Shown piece by piece: positions 20,576 through 31,855 of a stretch of DNA of 64,000 nucleotides. Each line of letters begins with the position of its first letter. Position 1 is the first letter of the stretch. This DNA comes from a virus (taxonomy: Duplodnaviria; Caudoviricetes): the IMG/VR virus record IMGVR_UViG_3300042566_001028, positions 1 to 64,000 of that record. One strand, given 5' to 3'. A model generated the notes under the pieces. It was not told the origin of the DNA, searched no databases, and saw only the letters and a list, made by a program, of their open reading frames with translations. Made by a program: the position numbers and the translations under genes.

Positions 20576-21844
20576 ATGAAACCAACATTAGTATTTCAGG
20601 CACCAGTAGCAACAAGAAGTGGGTATGGTGACCACGCGAGAGATTTGTTGCATTCATTATACAAATTAAATAAGTTTGATATTAAAGTAATCAGTACTCG
20701 TTGGGGAAATACTCCAATGGATTCTCTTAATTATGATAAACCATTTCACAAATGGGTAGTAGATAACATTATTCCAAAAATTGAACAAAAGCCTGATATC
20801 TATATTCAGGTAACGGTACCAAATGAGTTTCAACCAATAGGACATTATAACATTGGTATTACTGCCGCAATTGAAACAACGCATTCACCATTGGATTGGG
20901 TACATGGATGTAATAGAATGGATTTAATTATAGTTCCATCTGAACATTCAAAAAAGAGTTTAATTGATAGTGTATATAATGAAGCAGATAAACAAACTGG
21001 TCAATTAATAAAACAACATAGAATTGAAAAACCGGTAGAAATTTTATTTGAAGGATTTGACGAAGAAGATTTTGGAACAGAACATGTTGCACATATTACT
21101 GAATTGGATTCAATCAAAGAAGATTTCGCATTCTTATTCGTAGGACATTGGTTAAGAGGTGATTTAGGTGAAGATAGAAAGAATGTGGGAATGATGATTA
21201 AAACATTCGCAATGGCATTCAAAAATGAAAAGGTTAAACCGGCATTAGTTCTAAAAACCAGTTCAGCGGGATTTAGTGTGATGGATAGAGAAAATACTAT
21301 TAAAAAAATTAAAGAGGTATTGGGTAAAGATTATAAGTCAGTTCCAATTTATCTTTTACATGGTGATTTAACCTCAACAGAAATGAATGGTTTATATGAA
21401 CATCCAAAAGTAAAAGCAATGTTAAACTTTACAAAGGGTGAAGGATTTGGTAGACCATTGCTAGAATTTAGTTTAACAGGTAAACCGATATTAGTAAGTG
21501 GTTGGAGTGGGCATTTGGATTTCTTAAAGCAAGGAGCGGTATTATTGGAAGGTGAATTAAAACCTGTACATGAATCAGCGGCCGACCAATTTTTATTAAA
21601 AGAAGCACAATGGTTTAATGTTAATATTTCAAAAGCATTGACTACAATGAAAGATGTTTATAAAAATTATGACAAATACAAAGTAGATTCATTCCAATTA
21701 GGTAAACAAAATAAACAAAATTTCAGCTTAGAAAAAATGACTAAATTGTTTGATGTTATTTTAAATCAATATGGTATTTATACTAAAACACAACCAAAGT
21801 TTCAACAATTACAATTACCAAAATTGAAAATGTTAAATAAATAA
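20576..21844 (+). CDS. glycosyltransferase (GT4/GT-B)
   Basis: SGYGDHAR, RKNVG, GEGFGRPLLEF...GKP..SG..GHLDF. Confidence 0.9.
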   Translation: MKPTLVFQAPVATRSGYGDHARDLLHSLYKLNKFDIKVISTRWGNTPMDSLNYDKPFHKWVVDNIIPKIEQKPDIYIQVTVPNEFQPIGHYNIGITAAIETTHSPLDWVHGCNRMDLIIVPSEHSKKSLIDSVYNEADKQTGQLIKQHRIEKPVEILFEGFDEEDFGTEHVAHITELDSIKEDFAFLFVGHWLRGDLGEDRKNVGMMIKTFAMAFKNEKVKPALVLKTSSAGFSVMDRENTIKKIKEVLGKDYKSVPIYLLHGDLTSTEMNGLYEHPKVKAMLNFTKGEGFGRPLLEFSLTGKPILVSGWSGHLDFLKQGAVLLEGELKPVHESAADQFLLKEAQWFNVNISKALTTMKDVYKNYDKYKVDSFQLGKQNKQNFSLEKMTKLFDVILNQYGIYTKTQPKFQQLQLPKLKMLNK

Positions 21845-21845
21845 T

Positions 21846-22409
21846 ATGAATATATTAATTGTAACATCAAATAGATGTGGTAGTATGGCATTGGCGAATT
21901 GGATACAAAAAGAATTATCAATAACCGATACAATTTCTTATTCAATAATAAATAACTCAGAGGTTGATAAAGATGTATTTTCTAAAATAAACAATTCAAT
22001 TGTAATATTATTATACTCTGATTATAAAAAATTAATAATAGATAAAAAATATATACCTGAAGAAAATTTTGATTTTACAATTTGTTTAAAAAGAGAATCT
22101 TCAAAAGACCAAGCTGAAAGTTATTTGTGGAATATTCAAAATAAAAAAAATAAACCATATATAATCAATGATAATTGGATTGAAGAAAATAAAAAAGAAC
22201 TTAAAAAGTTAGAATCTAAATTTAAAAAAGAATATGATGAGATGTCAATTGTTTTTGGATATCATGCATCATACGAATCTGTATTTGCAGACTCCATACC
22301 ACAAGATTTATGGAATATTTCATCATATATTGGTATAAGACCGGCTTTTTATTGGAAAATAGCACCAACATTTAAACTTAGAAGATTTGATAAAATAAAT
22401 TTAATATAA
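21846..22409 (+). CDS. putative sulfotransferase-like protein
   Basis: N-terminal NRCGSMAL (PAPS-loop-like), LKR...QAES, SYE. Confidence 0.5.
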   Translation: MNILIVTSNRCGSMALANWIQKELSITDTISYSIINNSEVDKDVFSKINNSIVILLYSDYKKLIIDKKYIPEENFDFTICLKRESSKDQAESYLWNIQNKKNKPYIINDNWIEENKKELKKLESKFKKEYDEMSIVFGYHASYESVFADSIPQDLWNISSYIGIRPAFYWKIAPTFKLRRFDKINLI

Positions 22410-22412
22410 TAT

Positions 22413-23051
22413 ATGATATGGATATTTGGCGATTCTTTTAGTGCTCCATTTCAAATGCATTTGGATAGAAAAAATCAATGGGCAATTGACTATTGTGATT
22501 ATAAGAAAAAAATACCAAAAACATTTGATAATGTTTTATTTGATTTATTGGACATTCCAATCAATAATTTGGCATTACCAGGTTCCGATAATTATACAAT
22601 ATTTCACACATATATAAAAAATTTGGAAAACATTAAAAACGATGATATTTTGATATTTGGGTGGTCTAGTGTGTTACGATATCGTTTGGGAAATATTGAC
22701 GGAGGTTTTTCAACAATATTAACTGAAAATGGATACGAATTGGTTCACCATTTGTTTGATAATTTAACACAAAAGACAATCGATGAAACGTTGGTTATAA
22801 GGACTTCGGATGCATATTATAGAGAATTGGAAGATTTTATAAAAATAATAGAACATTCATCATTAACTAAAAATATTTATCATTGGTCTCCATTTATAGA
22901 AAATAGATTAAATGTAAAAAATATTAATCAAATATCACCAGTTGGTATAAAAATTGAAACAAATTCAATAATTGATGATGAACATTTTGGTGAAGTTGGG
23001 CATTTAAGTTTGGCAATGTATTTTTATAAAAAAATTAAATCACAAAAATGA
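22413..23051 (+). CDS. SGNH/GDSL-like hydrolase
   Basis: IFGDSF, NLALPGSDN, DEHFGEVGH. Confidence 0.7.
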   Translation: MIWIFGDSFSAPFQMHLDRKNQWAIDYCDYKKKIPKTFDNVLFDLLDIPINNLALPGSDNYTIFHTYIKNLENIKNDDILIFGWSSVLRYRLGNIDGGFSTILTENGYELVHHLFDNLTQKTIDETLVIRTSDAYYRELEDFIKIIEHSSLTKNIYHWSPFIENRLNVKNINQISPVGIKIETNSIIDDEHFGEVGHLSLAMYFYKKIKSQK

Positions 23052-23524
23052 TAAGAAATTACTTTTTAACATATAAAAAATACATAGATGATAGACAAAA
23101 AATAGCTGCATCTCAAATGAAAAGTGGAACTTTTTATATTATAAAGGAATATACATATGTTGATGGAAATAATAAAACATATAGTGCAGCTGAAACACCT
23201 ATTATATATACATTATATGTTTCCAAATCGAAAGATGTAGTCCATGCTGTAAAAGTAACAACTGTAAATCCTCAAATAATAAAAAGATTTTTTTCTAAAA
23301 TGGTAAATGAGGAGACGGAACTTATTCAAATGAAAGGTAAGAGTTCTACTTTTTTTGATAAATATGTAAAAAAAATACCAGTTGTAAGTAGAGACTCATA
23401 TAGAACATATAAATTGAGTGGATTGGATACTGTATTTGAATTGAATATGGATGTCAATGAAATGACACCAAAATCTAAAACAGTAACCGGAATAGATGAA
23501 AAATCACAAAAACAAAGTAAATAG
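23048..23524 (+). CDS. hypothetical protein
   Basis: 158 aa basic ORF with ATGA overlap. Confidence 0.6.
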   Translation: MIRNYFLTYKKYIDDRQKIAASQMKSGTFYIIKEYTYVDGNNKTYSAAETPIIYTLYVSKSKDVVHAVKVTTVNPQIIKRFFSKMVNEETELIQMKGKSSTFFDKYVKKIPVVSRDSYRTYKLSGLDTVFELNMDVNEMTPKSKTVTGIDEKSQKQSK

Positions 23525-23526
23525 TT

Positions 23527-23898
23527 ATGACATCAAAAGAATTCGTTATTTGGTTAAAAGGTTTTACGGAAGGAGTGCATGAATTTGCAATTACTCCAAA
23601 ACAATGGGATTACTTAAAAGAAAAGTTGGCAGAAGTGGATGACAATACAATTCCTATGGGTGGAGTAATTGTAGACCATAATACATTTAAAACTGTTTAT
23701 CCAAATTGGACAGGAATTAACCCATATGAAACAAGAGGTCCTGAAACACCTACGGGTACTACAATAACAACAACACCGGGTGTTGGTTCAATTACAATTG
23801 CTAATCCACCATTTGGATTTGGAGTGACATCAACTGCATATGGATATCCGAGTGGGAGTGCATGGAGTTATACAACATCAAACGAAAAAATATTTTAA
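23527..23898 (+). CDS. hypothetical protein
   Basis: MTSKEFVIWLKGF..QW N-terminus; Thr/Pro-rich tail. Confidence 0.6.
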   Translation: MTSKEFVIWLKGFTEGVHEFAITPKQWDYLKEKLAEVDDNTIPMGGVIVDHNTFKTVYPNWTGINPYETRGPETPTGTTITTTPGVGSITIANPPFGFGVTSTAYGYPSGSAWSYTTSNEKIF

Positions 23899-24521
23899 TG
23901 AAATTAAGTTACGCAATAACGGCTTGTAATGAAGTCGAAGAAACCATTAGATTGGTAAATCAGTTATTAAACTATAAAGAAGAAAATTCAGAAATAGTAG
24001 TCCTATTAGACATACCAAAAGCACCTACCGAATTAGTAGAGTATTTGGAACTACAAGCAAACGCAGACCACATCACATTGATTGAATCTGAATTTAATAA
24101 TGATTTTGCACAATGGAAAAATCTATTAAACTCACAATGTAAAGGTGAGTGGATATTTCAATTAGATGCGGATGAGTATTTAACACCAGATTTAATTGTT
24201 AATATGGAATCTCTATTAGATGCAAATACTGATAAGGATATGATTGTTGTTCCACGCATCAATACAGTTGAAGGGTTAACTGAAGCACATATTCAAAAAT
24301 GGAGATGGAATGTAAATGAAAAAGGATGGGTAAATTTTCCAGATGTTCAAACTCGTATCTACAAAAACTCTGATAAAATTGGATGGAGTGGCAAAGTGCA
24401 TGAAAGAATCGTAGGATTTGAATCTTACACAAATTTTCCAGCAGATGAAATATATTGTATTATACACCCTAAGACAATAGACAGACAAGAAAGACAAAAT
24501 AATTATTACGATACTTTATAA
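23898..24521 (+). CDS. glycosyltransferase family 2
   Basis: ITACNE, WIFQLDADE, VHE; start at the TAATG overlap. Confidence 0.85.
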   Translation: MKLSYAITACNEVEETIRLVNQLLNYKEENSEIVVLLDIPKAPTELVEYLELQANADHITLIESEFNNDFAQWKNLLNSQCKGEWIFQLDADEYLTPDLIVNMESLLDANTDKDMIVVPRINTVEGLTEAHIQKWRWNVNEKGWVNFPDVQTRIYKNSDKIGWSGKVHERIVGFESYTNFPADEIYCIIHPKTIDRQERQNNYYDTL

Positions 24522-25165
24522 TGGTTCACATATACTATCACATATATGCAATAGATGGTGTTGAATCTATAATAGATGAACAATTAAATTTAATAAAAAA
24601 ACATTTTAATTTTCCATATATTTTAAATATTGGTATAGTAATACCCAATGAAAATAAGTCTATATCTAATATATTAAATAAAATTGATAAATCAAAAATT
24701 AGAGACATCCGTTCAATGGGTAATGAATTTGTTACATTGGATTTAATTGAAAATGATAAAATAAATTTTAAAGATTCCGATTATATTTTATATATTCACA
24801 CTAAAGGTGCTTCCAAACAAACCGATATTCAATATCAAAATATAATTACTTGGAGACAATTAATGAATTATTTTAATATAGAAAAATTTGAAAATATATT
24901 TAAATTATTTCAACAAACCGAATATAATACATACGGAGTTTTATATAGTATTTTGGGTAATTGGAAATTATATTCTGGTAATTTTTGGTGGGCAAAGGCT
25001 AAATACTTAAAAAGTATTAATATTGAAAAAATAAAAAAAAATAGATTTAATGCCGAAACCAATTATATTCAAAACGGTGAAAATTGGAAACCATATTCAC
25101 CATTGAATAGACAGGGTGAAAATCACTATTTAATAAATTTCAAAAGAGAAGAGTATGCAAAATAA
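24521..25165 (+). CDS. putative glycosyltransferase
   Basis: YIHTKG, WRQLM and YSGNFWW motifs within the glycan cluster. Confidence 0.55.
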   Translation: MVHIYYHIYAIDGVESIIDEQLNLIKKHFNFPYILNIGIVIPNENKSISNILNKIDKSKIRDIRSMGNEFVTLDLIENDKINFKDSDYILYIHTKGASKQTDIQYQNIITWRQLMNYFNIEKFENIFKLFQQTEYNTYGVLYSILGNWKLYSGNFWWAKAKYLKSINIEKIKKNRFNAETNYIQNGENWKPYSPLNRQGENHYLINFKREEYAK

Positions 25166-25898
25166 ATTACCAGTTAGTGTAGGAATATTAGCTTGGAATA
25201 GTGGACAAGTGTTGGTAGATACTTTAACAACATATTACGAAAATGGGTTGTTGGATATGGTAAATGATGTTACTATTCTTTTTCAGGAAGTAACAAAAGA
25301 GGATATAGAAATTGCAAATCATTTTGGAATTGATTGTATTGGGTTACAACAAAACATTGGTATAGGTAAGGCATTCAAACGATTAACAGAAAATGCACAA
25401 ACCGATTATGTTTTAATTTTAGAACATGATTGGAACCTCATTGAAAATAGAGAAACTACTTACAAAACACTAAGTCAAAGTATTTCTGCAATAGAAATGG
25501 GATTAGATGTAGTTCGTTTAAGACATAGAAAAGACCCAGGTCATCCACATTTTTCATTTCAGTATAAAGGTAGAGAATTGACTTATTACGATGATTGGCA
25601 TGAAGTTACATCACCACATCTTTTAGATTCGATTCATTGGTGTGAACCGGATATGGAGTTTCCAGAACAAATTGAAAAAATAGGAGATATGTTTTATACA
25701 ACATCTCGTTATGGTAATTGGACAAACAATCCATGTCTTTATAAAAAAGAATTTTACTTAAATGTAATTGAACCATTTATGGGTGAGGGTATTGATTTGG
25801 AAAGAAAGATTGCATATTGGTGGCCAAGACAAAATTTCAAAGTAGGACACAACGAAGGATTATTCAAACATAACGATTACTTAAAATACGGAAAATAA
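25155..25898 (+). CDS. glycosyltransferase family 2-like
   Basis: NIGIG, LILEHDW, TNNPCL. Confidence 0.7.
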   Translation: MQNKLPVSVGILAWNSGQVLVDTLTTYYENGLLDMVNDVTILFQEVTKEDIEIANHFGIDCIGLQQNIGIGKAFKRLTENAQTDYVLILEHDWNLIENRETTYKTLSQSISAIEMGLDVVRLRHRKDPGHPHFSFQYKGRELTYYDDWHEVTSPHLLDSIHWCEPDMEFPEQIEKIGDMFYTTSRYGNWTNNPCLYKKEFYLNVIEPFMGEGIDLERKIAYWWPRQNFKVGHNEGLFKHNDYLKYGK

Positions 25899-27262
25899 TG
25901 ACAAAATTAATTATCTTTGACTTGGATGGTGTTCTTGTCGAAGCAAAACAAATCCACTACGATACATTAAATGAAGCACTGAAAGAAATTGATGAGAAGT
26001 ATATAATTACTGAAGCTGAACATCTTTCAATTTATGATGGATTAAAGACAACACAAAAGTTGGAATTACTTACAAAGAATAAAGGATTACACCCAGAATT
26101 TTATGATGATATTTGGTATAGAAAACAACACTTAACCATTGAAGTAATTTCACAACTAGAACCAGATTTACAAAAAATTGAATTATTTAAGGAATTGAGA
26201 AATAATGGATATAAGTTGGCATGTGCTTCAAACTCAATTAGAAGGTCTGTATTAGTAATGTTGGCAAAGATAGGTATAATTGAGTATATGGACTTAATCA
26301 TCTCTAATGAGGATGTAAAGAACTCTAAACCACATCCTGAAATGTATTGGAAGGCAATGAGTATGATGGGATGTTTGCCCGAAGAAACCCTAATTGTAGA
26401 AGATTCTCCACATGGTTTATTGGCAGCAAGTAGAAGTAGAGCAAATGTTTTAAGAGTAGATAGTCCAAAAGATTTGGTAATATCAAAAATTATTAGTAAA
26501 TTAGATGAAACAAAAAATAATATGAGTATTCCAAAATGGCAAGGTGGTAAGATGAATGTTTTAATACCAATGGCAGGAGCCGGAAGTAGATTCCAACAAG
26601 CAGGTTACACATTTCCTAAACCACTAATTGATGTGGAAGGAAAACCAATGATTCAGGTTGTAGTTGATAATCTTAATATAGAGGCAACTTACATTTATGT
26701 AGTTCAAAAAGAACATAGAGCAAAATATAATTTAGATACTTTATTAAACTTAATTACACCTGGTTGTAAAATTGTAGAAGTAGATGGTATTACCGAAGGT
26801 GCAGCATGCACAACTTTATTGGCAAAGGAATATATCGACAACGACCAACCATTGGTTATGGCAAACTCTGACCAATTCGTAGAATGGGATAGTAATGAGT
26901 TTATGTATAAAATGATTGAACAAAAAGTTGATGGTGGTATTTTAACATTTACAGCAACGCATCCTAAATGGTCATTCGCTAAAGTGGATGAGTATGGATA
27001 TGTAACGGAAGTAGCAGAAAAGAATCCAATTTCAGATATAGCAACTGTTGGTGTTTACTATTGGGCTAAAGGTTCTGATTATGTAAAATACGCAGAACAA
27101 ATGATTAGTAAGAATATCAGAACTAATAATGAATTTTATACTTGCCCTACTTTCAATGAAGCAATTGCAGATGGTAAGAAAATAAAAACATTCAACATTG
27201 ATAAGATGTGGGGGTTGGGCACACCAGAAGATTTAAATTATTATTTAGAAAATAAGAAATGA
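25898..27262 (+). CDS. HAD phosphatase fused to sugar-nucleotidyltransferase
   Basis: N-half FDLDGVL, KPHPE, VEDS; C-half PMAGAGSRF, PKPLI, LGTPEDL. Confidence 0.9.
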   Translation: MTKLIIFDLDGVLVEAKQIHYDTLNEALKEIDEKYIITEAEHLSIYDGLKTTQKLELLTKNKGLHPEFYDDIWYRKQHLTIEVISQLEPDLQKIELFKELRNNGYKLACASNSIRRSVLVMLAKIGIIEYMDLIISNEDVKNSKPHPEMYWKAMSMMGCLPEETLIVEDSPHGLLAASRSRANVLRVDSPKDLVISKIISKLDETKNNMSIPKWQGGKMNVLIPMAGAGSRFQQAGYTFPKPLIDVEGKPMIQVVVDNLNIEATYIYVVQKEHRAKYNLDTLLNLITPGCKIVEVDGITEGAACTTLLAKEYIDNDQPLVMANSDQFVEWDSNEFMYKMIEQKVDGGILTFTATHPKWSFAKVDEYGYVTEVAEKNPISDIATVGVYYWAKGSDYVKYAEQMISKNIRTNNEFYTCPTFNEAIADGKKIKTFNIDKMWGLGTPEDLNYYLENKK

Positions 27263-27684
27263 TATTAATATCACATAGAGGAAACATAGATGGTAGAATG
27301 CCTGAATATGAAAACAATCCAAATTATATAGAAGCTGCATTGAACTTAGGTTATGATGTTGAAGTTGATGTATGGTTTGTTGATGGTAAGTTTATGTTAG
27401 GACATGATGAACCATTATACGAAACTGATTATAAGTTTTTGATGAATGAAAAACTATGGTGTCATGCCAAACATCTGGATGCATTATTTGAAATGAAAAA
27501 ATATGCTATTCACTATTTTTGGCACGAAACCGATACTGTAACGCTTACATCTAAAAACTATGTTTGGGCATATCCTGGTAAACAACCAATAAAAGGTAGT
27601 ATTGCTGTTATGCCCGAATTAGAAAACGATAATGTATTATTGTGTAGAGGAATTTGTTCAGATTATATAAAACGATATAAATGA
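27259..27684 (+). CDS. glycerophosphodiester phosphodiesterase-like protein
   Basis: ISHRGN, ENN, DVEVDV, LGHD, GICSDY. Confidence 0.75.
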   Translation: MILISHRGNIDGRMPEYENNPNYIEAALNLGYDVEVDVWFVDGKFMLGHDEPLYETDYKFLMNEKLWCHAKHLDALFEMKKYAIHYFWHETDTVTLTSKNYVWAYPGKQPIKGSIAVMPELENDNVLLCRGICSDYIKRYK

Positions 27685-28310
27685 AAATAGGAATTAATAT
27701 TGCTGGATTATCACACAACGATTTAGGTAATGGTATTCATACCTATAAAGATGCATATGAAAATTTATTCAAAAATTTAATAACTCCACTTAAAAAAAAT
27801 AATGATATTAGGATTTATCTTCATACATATTATACTACTGAAACGAATAATATTTTAGAAATATATAAACCAGAAAAATATACAATTTTAGAATCGACAA
27901 ATAATAATTCAGCTGAACTTGCAGCAAATACTTACATAGATTCTTTACAAAAATTAAAAGATGAAGATATTGATTTTATTATAACAACTAGATTTGATTT
28001 AGATATTCGTTGTAATATTGGTATTGATTTTAAAAAGTTTAATTTTTTATTTAAAGAATTAAATCATTGGAATGAAACACATTTAACAACAGATACATTT
28101 TATGCTTTTCCAAAAGATATGTTAGATGATGTGATTATTTCTTTAAAAGAAACTTGGTTTGGTAAAAATACACACTTTTGTCCTGGATTGTTTCATTGTC
28201 TTTATAAGTTCTTATTAAAAAGAATAGATAAATCAAATATACATTTTATAGATAACGAAGAATCAACAATACAAATTTCAAATAAATTTAGACTAGGAAA
28301 ATTTAAATAA
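27681..28310 (+). CDS. hypothetical glycan-related protein
   Basis: KIGINIAG, IYLHTY and TRFD motifs in the glycan cluster. Confidence 0.5.
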   Translation: MKIGINIAGLSHNDLGNGIHTYKDAYENLFKNLITPLKKNNDIRIYLHTYYTTETNNILEIYKPEKYTILESTNNNSAELAANTYIDSLQKLKDEDIDFIITTRFDLDIRCNIGIDFKKFNFLFKELNHWNETHLTTDTFYAFPKDMLDDVIISLKETWFGKNTHFCPGLFHCLYKFLLKRIDKSNIHFIDNEESTIQISNKFRLGKFK

Positions 28311-28315
28311 AAAAT

Positions 28316-28978
28316 ATGATAGATAACACACAAGACAGATTAATTATTGAACAAGAAAATTCAATGGTAAAAAGATATGATTTAGTAAATTATATTATAA
28401 ATAAATATGAGTTTAAAGACTACTTAGAAATAGGTGTAGCATTTGGCCATTGTATTAGAAAAATAGAAGCACCAAATAAAGATGGAGTTGACCCCGTAGT
28501 TGAAGAAAATGTTAGTTGTCCAGAAATAAATTACAAAATGGGTTCTAATGAATTTTTTGCATTACCAGAAATAACTAATAAAAAATATGATGTTATTTTT
28601 ATAGATGGATTACATCATTCCGAACAAGTTGATATTGATATTAAAAATGCGTTAGAACATTTAAACCATGGTGGTTTTGTATTTATACACGATTGCAATC
28701 CACCTTCATATGAATCACAATTAGTACCCAGAGTTGCAGCTGCTTGGAATGGTGATGTTTGGAAATCTATTGTAAAATTAAGACATTTGGATATTGATTT
28801 GGATATATCAGTAGTTAATACCGATTATGGTGTTGGTATTATTACACATGGAAAAAATTCCCCAATCGATAAATTTACATTAGAAGAATCATTGCAATGG
28901 GATGTATTTTCAAGTGATAGAAAATATTTTTTAAACCTATTGGAAATTGATGAATTTTTTGATAAATATTCTTACTAA
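28316..28978 (+). CDS. class I SAM-dependent methyltransferase (Methyltransf_24-like)
   Basis: YLEIGV, GVDP, DVIFIDGLHH, IHDC. Confidence 0.85.
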   Translation: MIDNTQDRLIIEQENSMVKRYDLVNYIINKYEFKDYLEIGVAFGHCIRKIEAPNKDGVDPVVEENVSCPEINYKMGSNEFFALPEITNKKYDVIFIDGLHHSEQVDIDIKNALEHLNHGGFVFIHDCNPPSYESQLVPRVAAAWNGDVWKSIVKLRHLDIDLDISVVNTDYGVGIITHGKNSPIDKFTLEESLQWDVFSSDRKYFLNLLEIDEFFDKYSY

Positions 28979-28986
28979 AATCTGTT

Positions 28987-29778
28987 ATGAATAAATTATT
29001 AAATGCATATCTTTGGGGTTATAAAAATTGGGAAGCAGCTGATAATTCCTTTCGAAAATTCAGAGAGTTCTATCCTGATGGGGATATTTATGTTAGTGTC
29101 GATGATAATGGTGATTTTGAAAATTATACAAAAATAGCTGAAAAATATAATGCAGAATGTTATAAAAATCCATTTCAAATAGGATATCCTGGTAATTTTC
29201 AAAATCATAAAAGTAATAGAGAATGTTGGCCAAAAGATAACGCATTACTTTGGTGTGATAACATATATTGGGCGTGTAAAAAATCTGATTCTAAATTTAT
29301 GATTCTTTTAGAAGAAGATAGTTTTATTATTAAACCAATTAGTATCACAAAAGAAAATGAATTTGGAATAGCAGTTTTAGAATATAATGCAAATATAATA
29401 ACTGAAAATATATTGTATATAATTCAACAAGTAGGTGGTAATACCGATGTTCCATTAAATATATTTGGTAACAAAGGATATGGTGCTAGTGGTGGATGTA
29501 TTATAGATTGTCAAAAATGGATTATTAGTTGGGAAAAATTCAGACACATATTAGAATTAAATTATGATTCAATTGCATCGTATGATAAATTAATTGGTTG
29601 GCCAGATTCATTAGGTCAATTTGTTATTATGGCCGGTGGATTTGATGTTGTTCAGAATAAACAAATGGTACAAGCTTGGTATCACGAACGACCAGATTTA
29701 TATCCAAATTATACTAATTGGAAAGACTATGAAATAGTTGATTATTTAAAAGATATAGAAGAAATTAAAAAGTTATAA
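28987..29778 (+). CDS. putative glycosyltransferase
   Basis: FREFYPD, SVDDNG and LLEED motifs. Confidence 0.5.
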   Translation: MNKLLNAYLWGYKNWEAADNSFRKFREFYPDGDIYVSVDDNGDFENYTKIAEKYNAECYKNPFQIGYPGNFQNHKSNRECWPKDNALLWCDNIYWACKKSDSKFMILLEEDSFIIKPISITKENEFGIAVLEYNANIITENILYIIQQVGGNTDVPLNIFGNKGYGASGGCIIDCQKWIISWEKFRHILELNYDSIASYDKLIGWPDSLGQFVIMAGGFDVVQNKQMVQAWYHERPDLYPNYTNWKDYEIVDYLKDIEEIKKL

Positions 29779-30533
29779 TGAAAGATTTGGTTATATCGGC
29801 AATAGCAAACTATGTGCCAGAAAAAATTAAAATATATGTAGAATCACTAAACGATTGTGGATTTAGTGGTGATAAAATAATGATATGTTATAACATACCA
29901 GATGAAACGATAGAATATCTTTCAACAAAAGGTTGGGAATGTTATGGTGCAGAGTTGCAAGGACACCCTCATATGAAACGATTGGTTGATATGTGGTGGT
30001 TTTTACAAAATGATGAAAGAGAGTGGAATCATATAATTACAACGGATGTTAGAGATATAGTATGGCAAACAAATCCATCCGATTGGTTGCAACAAAATCT
30101 TAAAACCGAAATACTATGTGCTTCCGAATGTGTTACATATGAAAATGAAGCATGGGGTTATAAAAATATACATGAAGGATATGGCCCGATGTTTTGGGAT
30201 TGGATTAAACCTAATACGATTGGTAATGTTGGAGTGATTGCAGGAAAATATAAATCAGTTAAAGACCTATTAATGTTAAATTGGCTAGTATCACAATCGG
30301 GAGATACAAGACATTTTACAGACCAAAGTTCATTTAATCTCATTATACACAATGAACTCATCAGAAACAAAATATCAATTAATTCGGATTTTGCATTACA
30401 AATTGGAACTAATACAAATGATTTGAAAATAGAAAATGATGTAATAATGAATGGAGAAACTCCATATGTTTTGGTTCATCAATACGATAGAGACCCGACT
30501 ATTAAAGAAAAAATAAAACAATTATATAAATGA
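29778..30533 (+). CDS. putative glycosyltransferase (GT-A)
   Basis: TTDVRD, NVGVIAG, DQSSFN, HQYDR. Confidence 0.65.
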   Translation: MKDLVISAIANYVPEKIKIYVESLNDCGFSGDKIMICYNIPDETIEYLSTKGWECYGAELQGHPHMKRLVDMWWFLQNDEREWNHIITTDVRDIVWQTNPSDWLQQNLKTEILCASECVTYENEAWGYKNIHEGYGPMFWDWIKPNTIGNVGVIAGKYKSVKDLLMLNWLVSQSGDTRHFTDQSSFNLIIHNELIRNKISINSDFALQIGTNTNDLKIENDVIMNGETPYVLVHQYDRDPTIKEKIKQLYK

Positions 30534-31420
30534 AAATAGTTTTTACAACATTCATATTACCAAATGAAATTGATGATTTGGAAAGAATATTGATTTCATT
30601 AAAGAGAGCATCTAAATTTATAGATGGTAATGATTATCAATTTTGTATATCTTTAGGAATATCCGATTATTTAACTGATTGGAATAGTTCTAAATTAGAT
30701 AAACAATTTATTATTGATAAATTTGAATCTTTAAAATTATTAACTGATTGGGCAAATAATTCTATATTCCAAATGAGAGAAGATATATTAGGATGTGTAT
30801 CATCTAGAAGAACTGCACATTTGGAAATAAGCGATGCCACTCATTTTGTTTGGTTAGATAGTGATATTATATTTGATGAGCAGATATTATTTTATTTACA
30901 AAATGCAATAGTTGGTATAGAAGAAGAAGGTATAAAAAATTATATATTAACACCTGAAATTGTAAAAATATGGGATAATACTTGGGATTGTTTAGTTAAT
31001 GAAAATTATTTAGATAAACCAATTAATTATCATAAAACAAACGACCCGTATATGGAATGTGGGGTATATGGTGATATTTCTATAAAATTAGTAAATAATA
31101 ATGTTATGGGCCAACCCGCATCTAAATTTGCAGGTGGTTGGTTTACTTGTATATCTAAAAATCTATTGGATTTAACAGGAATTCCAGAATCATTTGGCCA
31201 TTATGGTATAGAAGATACTTTCATAATGTGGGCAATTGATAAACTTAGAAATGTTGGTAATGAAATTTACCAATTTAAATTGAACAACTATGTAGTATGT
31301 GAAGATTATTCATATAGAAATAGAAATTACTACAATAATTCAATTAAATCTATAAGTAGAAAAGATGAATTTAGAAAAATTGCAGAAAGTAATTTTAATA
31401 ATGAATTGAATAAACTTTAA
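30530..31420 (+). CDS. putative glycosyltransferase (GT-A)
   Basis: WLDSDI, GGWF, YGIED. Confidence 0.6.
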   Translation: MKIVFTTFILPNEIDDLERILISLKRASKFIDGNDYQFCISLGISDYLTDWNSSKLDKQFIIDKFESLKLLTDWANNSIFQMREDILGCVSSRRTAHLEISDATHFVWLDSDIIFDEQILFYLQNAIVGIEEEGIKNYILTPEIVKIWDNTWDCLVNENYLDKPINYHKTNDPYMECGVYGDISIKLVNNNVMGQPASKFAGGWFTCISKNLLDLTGIPESFGHYGIEDTFIMWAIDKLRNVGNEIYQFKLNNYVVCEDYSYRNRNYYNNSIKSISRKDEFRKIAESNFNNELNKL

Positions 31421-31465
31421 TATTAAAAATATATATTTATATCAGTATATACAACCAATTTAAAT

Positions 31466-31855
31466 ATGAAATTCGAAGTAACTCATCCAAAAGTTTGGAA
31501 AGCAGTATGTGAAAAGGCTATTCCAATGAAGCATAAAATCCAAATCTATGAAAAACTAGGTGGAGCATATCGTTTAGGTGAAGATGGTGGCGAACAAGTA
31601 TTCAATAAAATGACAGATTTATTGAAACATCAAATTAATGAAGGACCTGAATCTCCAGACCACGAAGTATCAATGGCGGCCGGCCAATTGGATGATATTA
31701 TTCGTAACGCAACCGAACTTAAAGGTAAAGTTGGTGAAAAAGAAATGAACTTACCAGGATGGATACAAGACCATATCTCTCAAGCACAAAATTTTATAAA
31801 TCAAGCAAATACAAGCTTCCATAAATTAGAAGGAGGTGATGATGCAAATGGATAA
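31466..31855 (+). CDS. hypothetical protein (possible virion protein)
   Basis: INE site, DHEVSMA and LPGWIQDHI motifs; -7-only motif upstream. Confidence 0.6.
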   Translation: MKFEVTHPKVWKAVCEKAIPMKHKIQIYEKLGGAYRLGEDGGEQVFNKMTDLLKHQINEGPESPDHEVSMAAGQLDDIIRNATELKGKVGEKEMNLPGWIQDHISQAQNFINQANTSFHKLEGGDDANG